Assembly: GCA_009711705.1 (NCBI GenBank)
Contig: VENG01000008.1
Location: 99,535-163,534, forward strand
Source of the DNA: Bacillota bacterium
Lineage (GTDB): Bacteria; Bacillota; Desulfotomaculia; Desulfotomaculales; VENG01
Reading direction: 5' to 3'
Length of the DNA stretch: 64,000 nt
This document shows, in pieces, positions 1 to 8,385 of the stretch. Position 1 is the first letter of the stretch, and every line of letters begins with the position of its first letter. The notes beneath the pieces were generated by a model that ran no database searches, was not told the DNA's origin, and saw only the letters and a program-made list of their open reading frames with translations. The position numbers and the translations under genes are program-made.

Positions 1-632
1 ATGCTCTTTAACACCTGCTCCGTATTTGATAGGGAAGTACCGTCGCTTTTACCCAGGTTGCAGTTGATCCAGAAGGAAATGTCACGGTACTCTATTTTTC
101 GTTTCTTGGCCAGAGTGGTAAGAAAGTGTTTGTTTAATTCGTCTATTCCCCGCTGGTGGAAAAGGTATATTATTTTATCCGCCTGCAGCGCAAGCTTTTC
201 TAGTTCCGTGATATTAGATGCTGTAGAGTCTATACCAGGAGTATCTACCAGGGTGAATTTTTTCAACAGCGGGTGGTTAAGCGCTATTTCTACCTGATCA
301 AATTTTACCGATGTTTTACCGTTTATAAAGGAAAGGAATTGTCCCTTGGTTGGGAAGTAAAGGGACTTGCCACTACCGCTCGTCCGTGCAGCGAATTTCT
401 CTCCGTACTTTAGATAAAAAAAAGATGATGTTTTGGGCAGGCTGTCTTCCGGGCATAGTTGGTCGTCAATTAAATTATTTAGTAAAGTAGATTTACCGGT
501 GTTAAAGGAACCCATGACGGCCACTACGGGAGGCGGAAACGCTTCTTGTGTTGCTAACTTATCGGTCAGCGCAAGAAATTTATTAATGGTAAATGTGTCA
601 ATCGCAAATTCATTATCTGTATGGATAATTAT
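1..632 (-). CDS. dynamin-family GTPase, N-terminal part (gene continues past window start)
   Basis: Not in ORF track (open to window edge, no canonical start). Minus-strand translation gives FPPPVVAVMGSFNTGKSTLLNNLI (G1/P-loop) and KKFTLVDTPGIDS (G3). SD GGAAAAGGGGGG abuts ATA-ATT-ATC at 632..624; first canonical in-frame starts are GTG 524 and ATG 515. Confidence 0.7.
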   Translation of the reverse strand, partial: MIIHTDNEFAIDTFTINKFLALTDKLATQEAFPPPVVAVMGSFNTGKSTLLNNLIDDQLCPEDSLPKTSSFFYLKYGEKFAARTSGSGKSLYFPTKGQFLSFINGKTSVKFDQVEIALNHPLLKKFTLVDTPGIDSTASNITELEKLALQADKIIYLFHQRGIDELNKHFLTTLAKKRKIEYRDISFWINCNLGKSDGTSLSNTEQVLKS

Positions 633-826
633 CCCCCCTTTTCCAGTACTTTATAGAAAATATATTTGCTATACGGGACAATTATTACTACTCGTCCTAA
701 GCTAATGGAGAAGGTGTTATTTCCATGGAGGATTCCCAAGAGGCAACCTAGAATAGTAATTAAAGTTGGTGAGTTGGTTAGTTGGTTAGGAAAAGAAATA
801 ATGTGTTCTTTGAGGAGTGATTTTAA

Positions 827-1483
827 ATGGTTAAACAACAAGAAAATACCCAGGTGCAAATAGTTGTAGACGGAATGACCGGCGTGGGGAAGACAACTCT
901 GGTCAATGTATTGGCTGAAGAAATGGATCTGGTTTCTTTTACGGAAATATTTGAGGATGAAAATGACCTCTTACATAAGTTTTTTCACGATAGGGAACGC
1001 TGGTGTTTTCCCATGCAGATTAACTTTTTAAACCACAGGTTCCGCCAGTATAAAGAGGCCACGGAAAAAAATTGTGCCATTATGGACCGATCAATTTATT
1101 CGGATAATATATTTGCTCGTATGTACAAGGAAATAGGTTATATGACCGTAGAGGAGTATAACGTTTACCACAGTTTATTGTATAACATGCTGGAAAGTCT
1201 GGAACCGCCGCGCTTGATAATTTACCTGAGCGTCGACGCTAAAGAAGCCATTAGGCGGATCAAAAAACGGGGGCGTAAAGACGAGCTGGAAGTGGAAGAA
1301 GGGTATTGGCGCAAGCTTCACCGCTTCTATGAGGAGCAGTACCGCAACTACAAAATGGGGAATCTTCTAGTTATTAATGCCAATGATCTTGACTTTGTAA
1401 AATATAATGATCACAGGAAGCAAATATTGGACACGGTAAAGCATAAGTGGGAAGCAATTAATGAGGCTGCTGTTGCGAGGTAA
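827..1483 (+). CDS. deoxynucleoside kinase (dCK/dGK family)
   Basis: P-loop DGMTGVGKTTL, MDRSIYSD and lid RRIKKRGRKDE motifs; 218 aa; SD GAGGAG 9 nt upstream of ATG. Confidence 0.8.
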   Translation: MVKQQENTQVQIVVDGMTGVGKTTLVNVLAEEMDLVSFTEIFEDENDLLHKFFHDRERWCFPMQINFLNHRFRQYKEATEKNCAIMDRSIYSDNIFARMYKEIGYMTVEEYNVYHSLLYNMLESLEPPRLIIYLSVDAKEAIRRIKKRGRKDELEVEEGYWRKLHRFYEEQYRNYKMGNLLVINANDLDFVKYNDHRKQILDTVKHKWEAINEAAVAR

Positions 1484-1485
1484 AT

Positions 1486-1512
1486 AAAAAAGGGGGACTG
1501 TCCCCCTTTTTT
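1486..1512. terminator. bidirectional rho-independent terminator between convergent genes
   Basis: AAAAAAGGGGGAC-T-GTCCCCCTTTTTT: perfect palindrome flanked by an A-run and a T-run. Confidence 0.85.
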
Positions 1513-1517
1513 AAATG

Positions 1518-2510
1518 TTAGACTGTTTTATACCTGGTCATGGAATCATATGCGTATTTTTGTACGTCCTCACCGGACCAGTAAGACATGGCTTTGGCAC
1601 CTATATTCTTGGCCTTGGCAATGGTAATATTTTCAATTAGTTTAGCTGCTGGACCCATATCTTTGGGCCGCATGACCAAATCCTGAACTCCCACAGCAAG
1701 TAAGATGGGTATAGCTTCGGGAAGAGAGGCCAGGTTGGCCGAAACGCTGACTATCTTATTCTTTTGGGTTGCTATTTGAGCTAAATTTTGAATCTGAAAG
1801 AGGAACATCGGTTCAAATTGATGCTTTAGATGCTCTAACCCTTGCGGCGAGAAATCCGCCCCCATGGTATAGTTTCTCAGAGCCTCCCCAACCTGGAAAA
1901 AGGATACGTCATAGCAGAATTGGGTTGTGTTTACCATGACCGAAGGCAGATCAGCCATAAGGCCCAGCTCAGTTACCGGGCGGTAATTTATATGCTCATA
2001 GGCCAGTTCAGATTCAGTCTCTTTTAGTAGCTTTTTAAACTGCTTTACCTCCCGTGGTGTACTGACCATGGGTAGTAATAAATGAATGTGCCCCAATGCG
2101 TTGGCCCTCGATATGGCGCGCAGCTGGGGCTTTAATATTGCCGGGTTGGCCAGTCCCAGGCGCAGCCCTTTTAGCCCCAGATCAGGGTTTTTTTCCCATG
2201 CAGGGGTGTCTATACCGGGTATTTGGCCGGCACTAAGGCTGCATGTGCGCACGGTAACCGGCCTGATCCCGGCTTTAGAGACCGCTTCTTTATATATTGC
2301 AAATTGTTCGTCTTCTCCCGGCAGGTCATTTCTACCTATAAAGAGGAAATCCGTATCCAGGAGTCCGATGCCGTGGCACCACTTACCGGTGGACTCTTCA
2401 ATATCCTCGGCGCAGGTAACCAGTGAGGTTATGCTTACTGGATGGCCGTCAGCAGTTTTAATGCATGCATGTCCCCGGAGTCCGGGAGTAGAATTATTGG
2501 GATTTGACAC
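1518..2510 (-). CDS. PEP-utilising-enzyme TIM-barrel domain protein (stand-alone C-terminal domain)
   Basis: GIGLLDTDFLF resembles the GIGLxRTEFLF motif of PtsI/PPDK C-terminal barrels. No phosphohistidine swivel domain in the ORF. Confidence 0.6.
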   Translation of the reverse strand: MSNPNNSTPGLRGHACIKTADGHPVSITSLVTCAEDIEESTGKWCHGIGLLDTDFLFIGRNDLPGEDEQFAIYKEAVSKAGIRPVTVRTCSLSAGQIPGIDTPAWEKNPDLGLKGLRLGLANPAILKPQLRAISRANALGHIHLLLPMVSTPREVKQFKKLLKETESELAYEHINYRPVTELGLMADLPSVMVNTTQFCYDVSFFQVGEALRNYTMGADFSPQGLEHLKHQFEPMFLFQIQNLAQIATQKNKIVSVSANLASLPEAIPILLAVGVQDLVMRPKDMGPAAKLIENITIAKAKNIGAKAMSYWSGEDVQKYAYDSMTRYKTV

Positions 2511-2595
2511 TGACTCACTCCTAAGTGCGGAGATTGGATAACCTTGTATGCATTATAGCACCGGCCCGGTGATATGATCAACCGGAGGCAAAGAA

Positions 2596-3318
2596 TTAAA
2601 GATTGAGGTTGGGGGTTATTTTTTCCTGAACATATTGAAAAAAGTCTTCGATGTCGTCGGTGATCTGTTCTGTAGCACTGGAGATTAGTTTGGCCACTTC
2701 AACGGTGTTAATTTGCACTCCATGCCTGGTAGACATTTGCGTGCCGTATTTTTCGGCCAGTGTTTTCGTTGTAATTTTATGGGTTTCTATATAATGTGGA
2801 AAGGCAGCTATTCTCCGTTGTAGAAAGGAAATGCCGGGGCATATGTGGGGCAGCTTGCTGCCAAGATACCGAATAAAATCATTGTTTATACACGCCTTTT
2901 GGATGATGTCTCCATAACGGTTATCTTGGCAGACGTGAAGTTCCACTGCCATTTCCACTATGTTATGTGCCTTCCACCAGCCCATCTGCTCGGGAATGTT
3001 GCAGGCGCGCATGGTTTGATTAACCAGCGGGCGTGCTTTCTCAAAACAATAGCCGCGCTCGTATTCCAGGTACTTTTCATCCCCGAAAAAGTCCAATCCG
3101 TTTGGTTCTATGCCGTGAGTAATAACTCCCCGGATAAAGTCAAGCAGTTCCTTTTCCGTGTTTAAATGATCCATAAGCAAAGTGCCCAGGCTGTGTGCTT
3201 CCTTGTGCTGTAATTTAGGGTTAATGATCATGTCCGGAAAAATACTTCCCAGGGCAAGCTCGTCGGACATATGCCCCAATACTCTTTGGGCAAAATAAAC
3301 GTGAGTTTGAGGAAACAT
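2596..3318 (-). CDS. hypothetical soluble His-rich protein
   Basis: Intact 240-aa ORF with an ATG start. I cannot name a family with confidence. Confidence 0.4.
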   Translation of the reverse strand: MFPQTHVYFAQRVLGHMSDELALGSIFPDMIINPKLQHKEAHSLGTLLMDHLNTEKELLDFIRGVITHGIEPNGLDFFGDEKYLEYERGYCFEKARPLVNQTMRACNIPEQMGWWKAHNIVEMAVELHVCQDNRYGDIIQKACINNDFIRYLGSKLPHICPGISFLQRRIAAFPHYIETHKITTKTLAEKYGTQMSTRHGVQINTVEVAKLISSATEQITDDIEDFFQYVQEKITPNLNL

Positions 3319-3403
3319 AAATGGCTTTCCCTCCGCTTTTTTGCAGCTTCACTGGCATTGACAAATAAAGCCCAAAGGGATATTATTTGCCGGGTGACAA
3401 TCT

Positions 3404-4918
3404 ATGTCTAAGACTTTATTACGAACATCTTCTATACTTTTTGTTCTCTTTGTAGCCAGCAGGATACTGGGGTTTATAAGAGAACAGGTGGTGGCTGCGT
3501 ACCTGGGGGCGACGCCCCAGTCAGACGCCTATGTGGTGGCCGCTACCATTCCCTTTATACTATCATACATCATTGGCACTGCGGCGGGAAACTCATTTCT
3601 GCCGGTCTATACCGGTAGGTTGGGTGATAAAGATGCTAACCGTCTGGCCTCTACGGTATTTGTAATCTTTGGCGGCGCCGTGGTTTTGATTTGTGTCGGC
3701 GGTTTCCTTTTTGCCCCCTACCTGGTGGATTTATTGGCACCGGGCTTTGCCGCAGATGTACGATCCCTGGCGGTTGTGCTTACCAAAATAATGTTACCGG
3801 GACTTGCCTTTTTGACTTTGGGGTACGTGGTGAAAGCAGCGCTGAATGCCCACCGCCAATTTACGGTTCCGGCAGCGGCTCCGGCTTTGCAGAACATTGT
3901 CTTCATTATTCTGCTGCTCTTTTTTGCCCAAAAAGGGGCGGTAGGATTAGCATGGTCTATGCTTGCCGGGACAGTGGTATTTTATTTGGTGCAGCGAATT
4001 GTGGCCGGGAATTACGGCATTACCTGGCGCCCGCAATTGGATTTTAAAGATCCGGATGTGCGGCGGGTAATGGTACTGGCGGTGCCGGTAATTTTGACCA
4101 CCCTGGGTACCAAGGGGTATATCTTTCTGGACCGCTGGCTGGGCTCACAATTAAGTGGCGGCAGTATTGCCGCTTTGAACTTTGCCGACCGTATCAGGGA
4201 ACTTCCTTACGGATTGTTTGTCGCTGCTGTTTCTACTGTGCTTTTTCCCACCCTTGCTTCCGCGGCAAGCAAGCAGGATATGCAATCTCTGCGTAAAAAC
4301 ACAGCCATGGGTTTGCGCATGGTGGCCATGCTGGGTTTTCCCGCGGCGGTACTGCTGTCGTTACTGGATCGCCCGGTGGTACGACTGCTCTTTGAGCGGG
4401 GTGCCTTTGATGCTGTGGCCACTACTGCTACGGCCGGGGCCCTGGGCTTTTATGCAGTATCGGTAATTGCGCTTTGCGCCAATTCCATTATTACATATAC
4501 TTTTCTGAGCATGCAGGATGGCATAATTCCATTGAAAATAGGGGCTGCGGCCCTGGGGGTTAACCTGGCGGCTGATTTGCTGTTGGTGAACCGCATGGGC
4601 CATGTGGGGTTGGCTCTTGGTAATACCCTTGCTGCTTTTTTTGCCATGTTTTTATTTGTGTCGTTACTGAGCAGGAGGCTGGAAGGTTTTGCTTGGCAGG
4701 GACTATTGGTCTCTGTTTTTAAAATAGGTATAGCTGCCGCTGTACTGGGTGTCATAAGTGTGGGCCTTGCCCACTGGACCGGCCTTTATAATCAGAACAT
4801 TTCGTTGTTCAGCCAAATTTGGGGATTAGGATTGTCTGTAGGAGTCGGCGGCTTGGTGTACGTTGCACTTTTGTTTGTGTTTAGGATAGAGGAGACCCGC
4901 ATGTTTTCGGGAAGATGA
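3404..4918 (+). CDS. murJ: lipid II flippase MurJ/MviN
   Basis: 504 aa, about 14 TM helices. N-terminus SSILFVLFVASRILGFIREQVVAAYLGATPQSDAY is typical of MurJ. Confidence 0.85.
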   Translation: MSKTLLRTSSILFVLFVASRILGFIREQVVAAYLGATPQSDAYVVAATIPFILSYIIGTAAGNSFLPVYTGRLGDKDANRLASTVFVIFGGAVVLICVGGFLFAPYLVDLLAPGFAADVRSLAVVLTKIMLPGLAFLTLGYVVKAALNAHRQFTVPAAAPALQNIVFIILLLFFAQKGAVGLAWSMLAGTVVFYLVQRIVAGNYGITWRPQLDFKDPDVRRVMVLAVPVILTTLGTKGYIFLDRWLGSQLSGGSIAALNFADRIRELPYGLFVAAVSTVLFPTLASAASKQDMQSLRKNTAMGLRMVAMLGFPAAVLLSLLDRPVVRLLFERGAFDAVATTATAGALGFYAVSVIALCANSIITYTFLSMQDGIIPLKIGAAALGVNLAADLLLVNRMGHVGLALGNTLAAFFAMFLFVSLLSRRLEGFAWQGLLVSVFKIGIAAAVLGVISVGLAHWTGLYNQNISLFSQIWGLGLSVGVGGLVYVALLFVFRIEETRMFSGR

Positions 4919-6058
4919 GAGATTTTAGGGTCGCTGCTTAAGGGTTAAAGTTCTTTTTTCGACGGGATTAACGGGATGTGCGGGATTAGTGATGGTGCTG
5001 TTTATTATTTGTTTGCTTAAATAGATGCTTATTTTTTATCATAACAGTGCTAGTAATAAAAGAAATTTAATGGAAATATAGGTTATAAAAAATCCTGGAT
5101 AAAGAAATCTAGGGTTACTGCTTAAGGGTCAAATCTTATTAGATAGATTAGTGATAAGTACTATGTACTGTTTGTTTTCCTTAGTTGACCAACTTTTTAC
5201 TATGACAGTGAGTACTTAAAAGAGTTTTAGTTTTTAATATGTTTTTAAAAATCCTGCTATCCTGTAATCCTGTCAGAAAAGAGACCCCAAAGAATTACAT
5301 GCAAATCTTTTAGATCTTAGAAAATAAATCTTGCCTTACAATCACAGTAAATAAAGCTTTACTGACTTACGTATCTTTAAATCCCACTAATCCCGTAAAT
5401 CCCGTCAAAACTCACATGAAACATATACACAAACTAGAATGAAAATTTATTTTCGTAAAAAAAATAGCAAAGATACAAGATTGTCATTCTGAGTGCAGCG
5501 AAGAATCTGAGTATTTATGCGACTTTTAAGATTCTTCATTTCACTTCGTTTCATTCAGAAAATGACATGAATCTGGACTTTTTCAGCAGTCCCGGACGAG
5601 TCCTCTTGCTTCCTTGCTTAAAAGTATTGTTTGGGTCTTGGCTTATGGGTCTTTTTTTCTTTGACAGGATTACAGGATTTGCAGGATGCTTTGGGGTCAT
5701 TGCTTTTGGGTCTTTAAAAGCATTTTTAAATTGTTTGCTTTAGAACTTTGGACTTGTCCAAAGCTCTGTTTAGATGATAAAGGCTTTCGATTGAGTTTTT
5801 ATTTTTTAAAAAATCCTGTTGATCCTGTTAATCCTGTCTAAAAAAATTGTTTGCCTCAAAGCCCCACATGCAAAGCCTTTTATCCCGCTTATCCCATTGA
5901 TCCCGTCAAAACTCACATGAAACATATACACAAACTAGAATGAAAATTTATTTTCGTAAAAAAAATGACCCAAAAGAACTACTTGCAAATCTTTAAATCC
6001 CACTAATCCCATAAATCCCGTCAAAAAACTGACCTCAAAGAACTACATGCAAATTCTT
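4919..6058. repeat. ORF-free intergenic region filled with copies of a ~60-65-nt unit (triple 9-nt sub-repeat WWATCCYRY + GTCAAAA + GACCYCAAAGAAYTACATGCAAAT)
   Basis: Forward triples at 5249..5280, 5379..5410, 5811..5846, 5880..5911 and 5995..6027; reverse triples at 4961..4987 and 5660..5687. No ORF >=60 aa in the supplied track. Confidence 0.85.
5483..5566. repeat. 84-nt imperfect palindromic element
   Basis: GTCATTCTGA..GAAGAATCT (5483..5508) pairs with AGATTCTTC..TCAGAAAATGAC (5529..5566). Confidence 0.7.
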
Positions 6059-7012
6059 TTACACCTTAGCCAAAGCCGCACCGTTAGTGTAATTAAACAG
6101 CCGGCCCTGGTAAGTATCTTTTGCCTCCAGCAACTCCTCAATAGCCTGCCTTAACTTCCACCAGCTCACATCCCAGTTGGAGAAAAGCACCTTTTCCGCC
6201 GGGCCCTTACCCACCAGGCGCTGTACCACTATCTCAGGGTCCAAATACTCGAGGAAAGTAACAACCCTCTGCGCATACTCCTCCAGGGAAATCATGTCAA
6301 ATTCCCCCTTCCGGTACATTTCCCCCAATACAGTGTCCCTTACCACATATAAAGAATGAAACTTTACATAGTCACTGTGCAGGACCGAAATCAGCTTAGC
6401 GCCTTCTACTATATCCTCCCGGCCATCCCCAGGGAGATTGAGAATTAGGTGGGTACAAATTTCAAACCCACGTTGTTTTGTACGCAGTACCGCATCCACA
6501 TATTCTGCCAGGGAATGCCCCCTGTTTATCCTGTGCAGGGTGTGATAATTCACGGTTTGCAGGCCCAGCTCAATATTAATATTCAAATTATGCTCTTGCT
6601 GCAGCCCGTGCAAATAATCCAGGTAGGCATCTGATATGCAATCGGGCCGGGTAGATATGGAAATACCTATTATGTCCGGTTCTTCCGCTGCCGCCTGCAT
6701 GTTTGCTTTAAACTGTTCTAATGGAAGATATGTATTGGTAAATGCCTGGAAGTAAGCGATAAACTTTTGGGCCTTAAATTTCTTTTTAAAGTTGGCCTTA
6801 TTGGTTTGCAGTTGGTCCTTTACGGCCAGGCTGTTGGGCAGGGCATCAAAGCCAGAGCCTTCTTCATCACAAAATATGCATCCGCCCCTGCCCACGGTTC
6901 CGTCCCGGTTAGGGCAGGTTCCGGGCAAATTTACAGGGAGTTTGTAAACTTTACACCCGAATTTTTCTTTCAAATGTTTGGAATATGTTCTGTACCTTTC
7001 TTCAGGCTGCAT
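6059..7012 (-). CDS. radical SAM protein, YhcC/TIGR01212-like
   Basis: CPNRDGTVGRGGCIFCDEEGSG cluster motif near the N-terminus; 317 aa. Confidence 0.75.
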   Translation of the reverse strand: MQPEERYRTYSKHLKEKFGCKVYKLPVNLPGTCPNRDGTVGRGGCIFCDEEGSGFDALPNSLAVKDQLQTNKANFKKKFKAQKFIAYFQAFTNTYLPLEQFKANMQAAAEEPDIIGISISTRPDCISDAYLDYLHGLQQEHNLNINIELGLQTVNYHTLHRINRGHSLAEYVDAVLRTKQRGFEICTHLILNLPGDGREDIVEGAKLISVLHSDYVKFHSLYVVRDTVLGEMYRKGEFDMISLEEYAQRVVTFLEYLDPEIVVQRLVGKGPAEKVLFSNWDVSWWKLRQAIEELLEAKDTYQGRLFNYTNGAALAKV

Positions 7013-7038
7013 GGTAACACCTTCCTGCTTTTATATCG

Positions 7039-8274
7039 TCAGCTGTAAGTAATATAAACCGTCTTGGTATCATTATCCCATTTAATTCTTGCTCCCATGG
7101 CCTTACTGACCAACCTTAATGGTACCATGGTTCTTTTATTATATATACGTGGTGGTGTGTTCAATGAGATATCTTCGCCATTTATTGTGGCGGTGGTTGT
7201 CCCTGGTTGCAACCAAATTGAATTGCCAGTTTTGTTGATCATTACACGATTAGCTTCACTGTCCCACCGCACTTTAGCGTCTATTGACTCGGATATAATT
7301 CTTACCGGTACAAGAACCGTACCGTTGCTTAAAATCGGTGAAACATCCGTCTTTAAGGGGCGGCCGTTAAGAGTAAGATCTATTTCTATTAGTTTGTCCT
7401 GGTGATCGTAAACAATTTTTGAAACTTTTTGTATTACTTGAAAAGCCTCGTCAGTCCCCGGGGTGTTTTTACTGAATACGGCGATAATATACGGGCTCTC
7501 TATATGCTTTACCAGTGCAACGTCATTAAAAGTTCCGGTGGGAGGCCAGTTTCCGATCTTATGTGCTATTTTAGTTCTCGGTGGCAGAAGTTTGGGTATC
7601 CGGTCATTGAAAATGGTGTTTTCGAGGTCATTCATAAGCTGCCCACCCAGTTCAGGGTGTTGGGAAGTAAACTTTACCAATCTGGACATGTAAAGTGCCA
7701 TATCACGAGGGCAGGTAGTGTTATCCCAGTAGTCTATAACCTTACCACCCAGTGACGCCATATAGCCCTTAACGTTCGAATAGCCCAGGTAGGACAGCAG
7801 CATGTTAGTTGCTATATTGTCACTATATCTTATAGAATACCTGGACAATTGCTTAATGCTATAACTGCTTCCCACGGGGTCATTTTGCAGCTTACTTCCT
7901 CCGTCTTCGTAATGCTCTTGGCGATAGACCAATTCTATAGAAGGGTTAACTTTACCTTTAGCCATTTGTTCATACAAGTAAAGGTTTACGGGCAGCTTGA
8001 TTGTGCTGGCGGCATGAAAAGTTTCCAGGTGGTTTACCCCGAAGGTGTGGCCGGTATTGAGGTCTTTTACGAATACTCCGTAGGTCCCTTTCTGATTTTG
8101 TAATAACCGAGTAAGCTCCTTTTGCATTTCTTGATAATCATTGTTTTGATTTATATTGCTTTGATATTCACTGCTTCGATTTTCATTGGATGCGGCTTCA
8201 GAGACCGGGAAGGTTCCCGGGAAATAGGTTAACAGCGTTAGTATGATTACGCTGATGACTAGTCTCTTGATAAT
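7039..8274 (-). CDS. secreted class-A beta-lactamase-like serine hydrolase with two C-terminal copper-amine-oxidase-N-type repeats
   Basis: SxxK motif AASTIKLPV. Repeats VLVPVRIISESIDAKVRWD and TMVPLRLVSKAMGARIKWD. The frame stays open 5' of track ATG 8127 and encodes signal peptide IIKRLVISVIILTLLTYFPGTFPVSEAAS, with only ATT 8274 / ATC 8271 after SD GAGGGGGG. Confidence 0.7.
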   Translation of the reverse strand: MIKRLVISVIILTLLTYFPGTFPVSEAASNENRSSEYQSNINQNNDYQEMQKELTRLLQNQKGTYGVFVKDLNTGHTFGVNHLETFHAASTIKLPVNLYLYEQMAKGKVNPSIELVYRQEHYEDGGSKLQNDPVGSSYSIKQLSRYSIRYSDNIATNMLLSYLGYSNVKGYMASLGGKVIDYWDNTTCPRDMALYMSRLVKFTSQHPELGGQLMNDLENTIFNDRIPKLLPPRTKIAHKIGNWPPTGTFNDVALVKHIESPYIIAVFSKNTPGTDEAFQVIQKVSKIVYDHQDKLIEIDLTLNGRPLKTDVSPILSNGTVLVPVRIISESIDAKVRWDSEANRVMINKTGNSIWLQPGTTTATINGEDISLNTPPRIYNKRTMVPLRLVSKAMGARIKWDNDTKTVYITYS

Positions 8275-8339
8275 GGGCCCCCCTCGCTTAAAATTATTAT
8301 TTGCACCTTAATTCTTCAAACAGTTGAAGGTATTCCTGC

Positions 8340-8366
8340 AAAAAAGAGGGGACTGTCCCCCTTTTT
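8340..8366. terminator. rho-independent terminator downstream of the deacetylase gene
   Basis: AAAAAAGAGGGGAC-T-GTCCCCCTTTTT; same GGGGAC/GTCCCC core as the terminator at 1486. Confidence 0.7.
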
Positions 8367-8385
8367 CAGGCAAAGTCCCCTCTTT

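Noticed and set aside
1-705. Track ORFs 1..297 (+) and 433..705 (+)
   Set aside because: The opposite strand encodes a continuous GTPase with clear G1 and G3 motifs. The plus-strand ORFs have no SD and low-complexity products, so they are antisense shadows.
4919-6058. Possible CRISPR array or replication origin (DnaA-box cluster) in the repeat region
   Set aside because: The repeats are in both orientations, irregularly spaced and of varying composition, so this is not a CRISPR array. The 9-mers (WWATCCYRY) match the DnaA box TTATCCACA only partially, and no dnaA/dnaN or AT-rich unwinding context is present.
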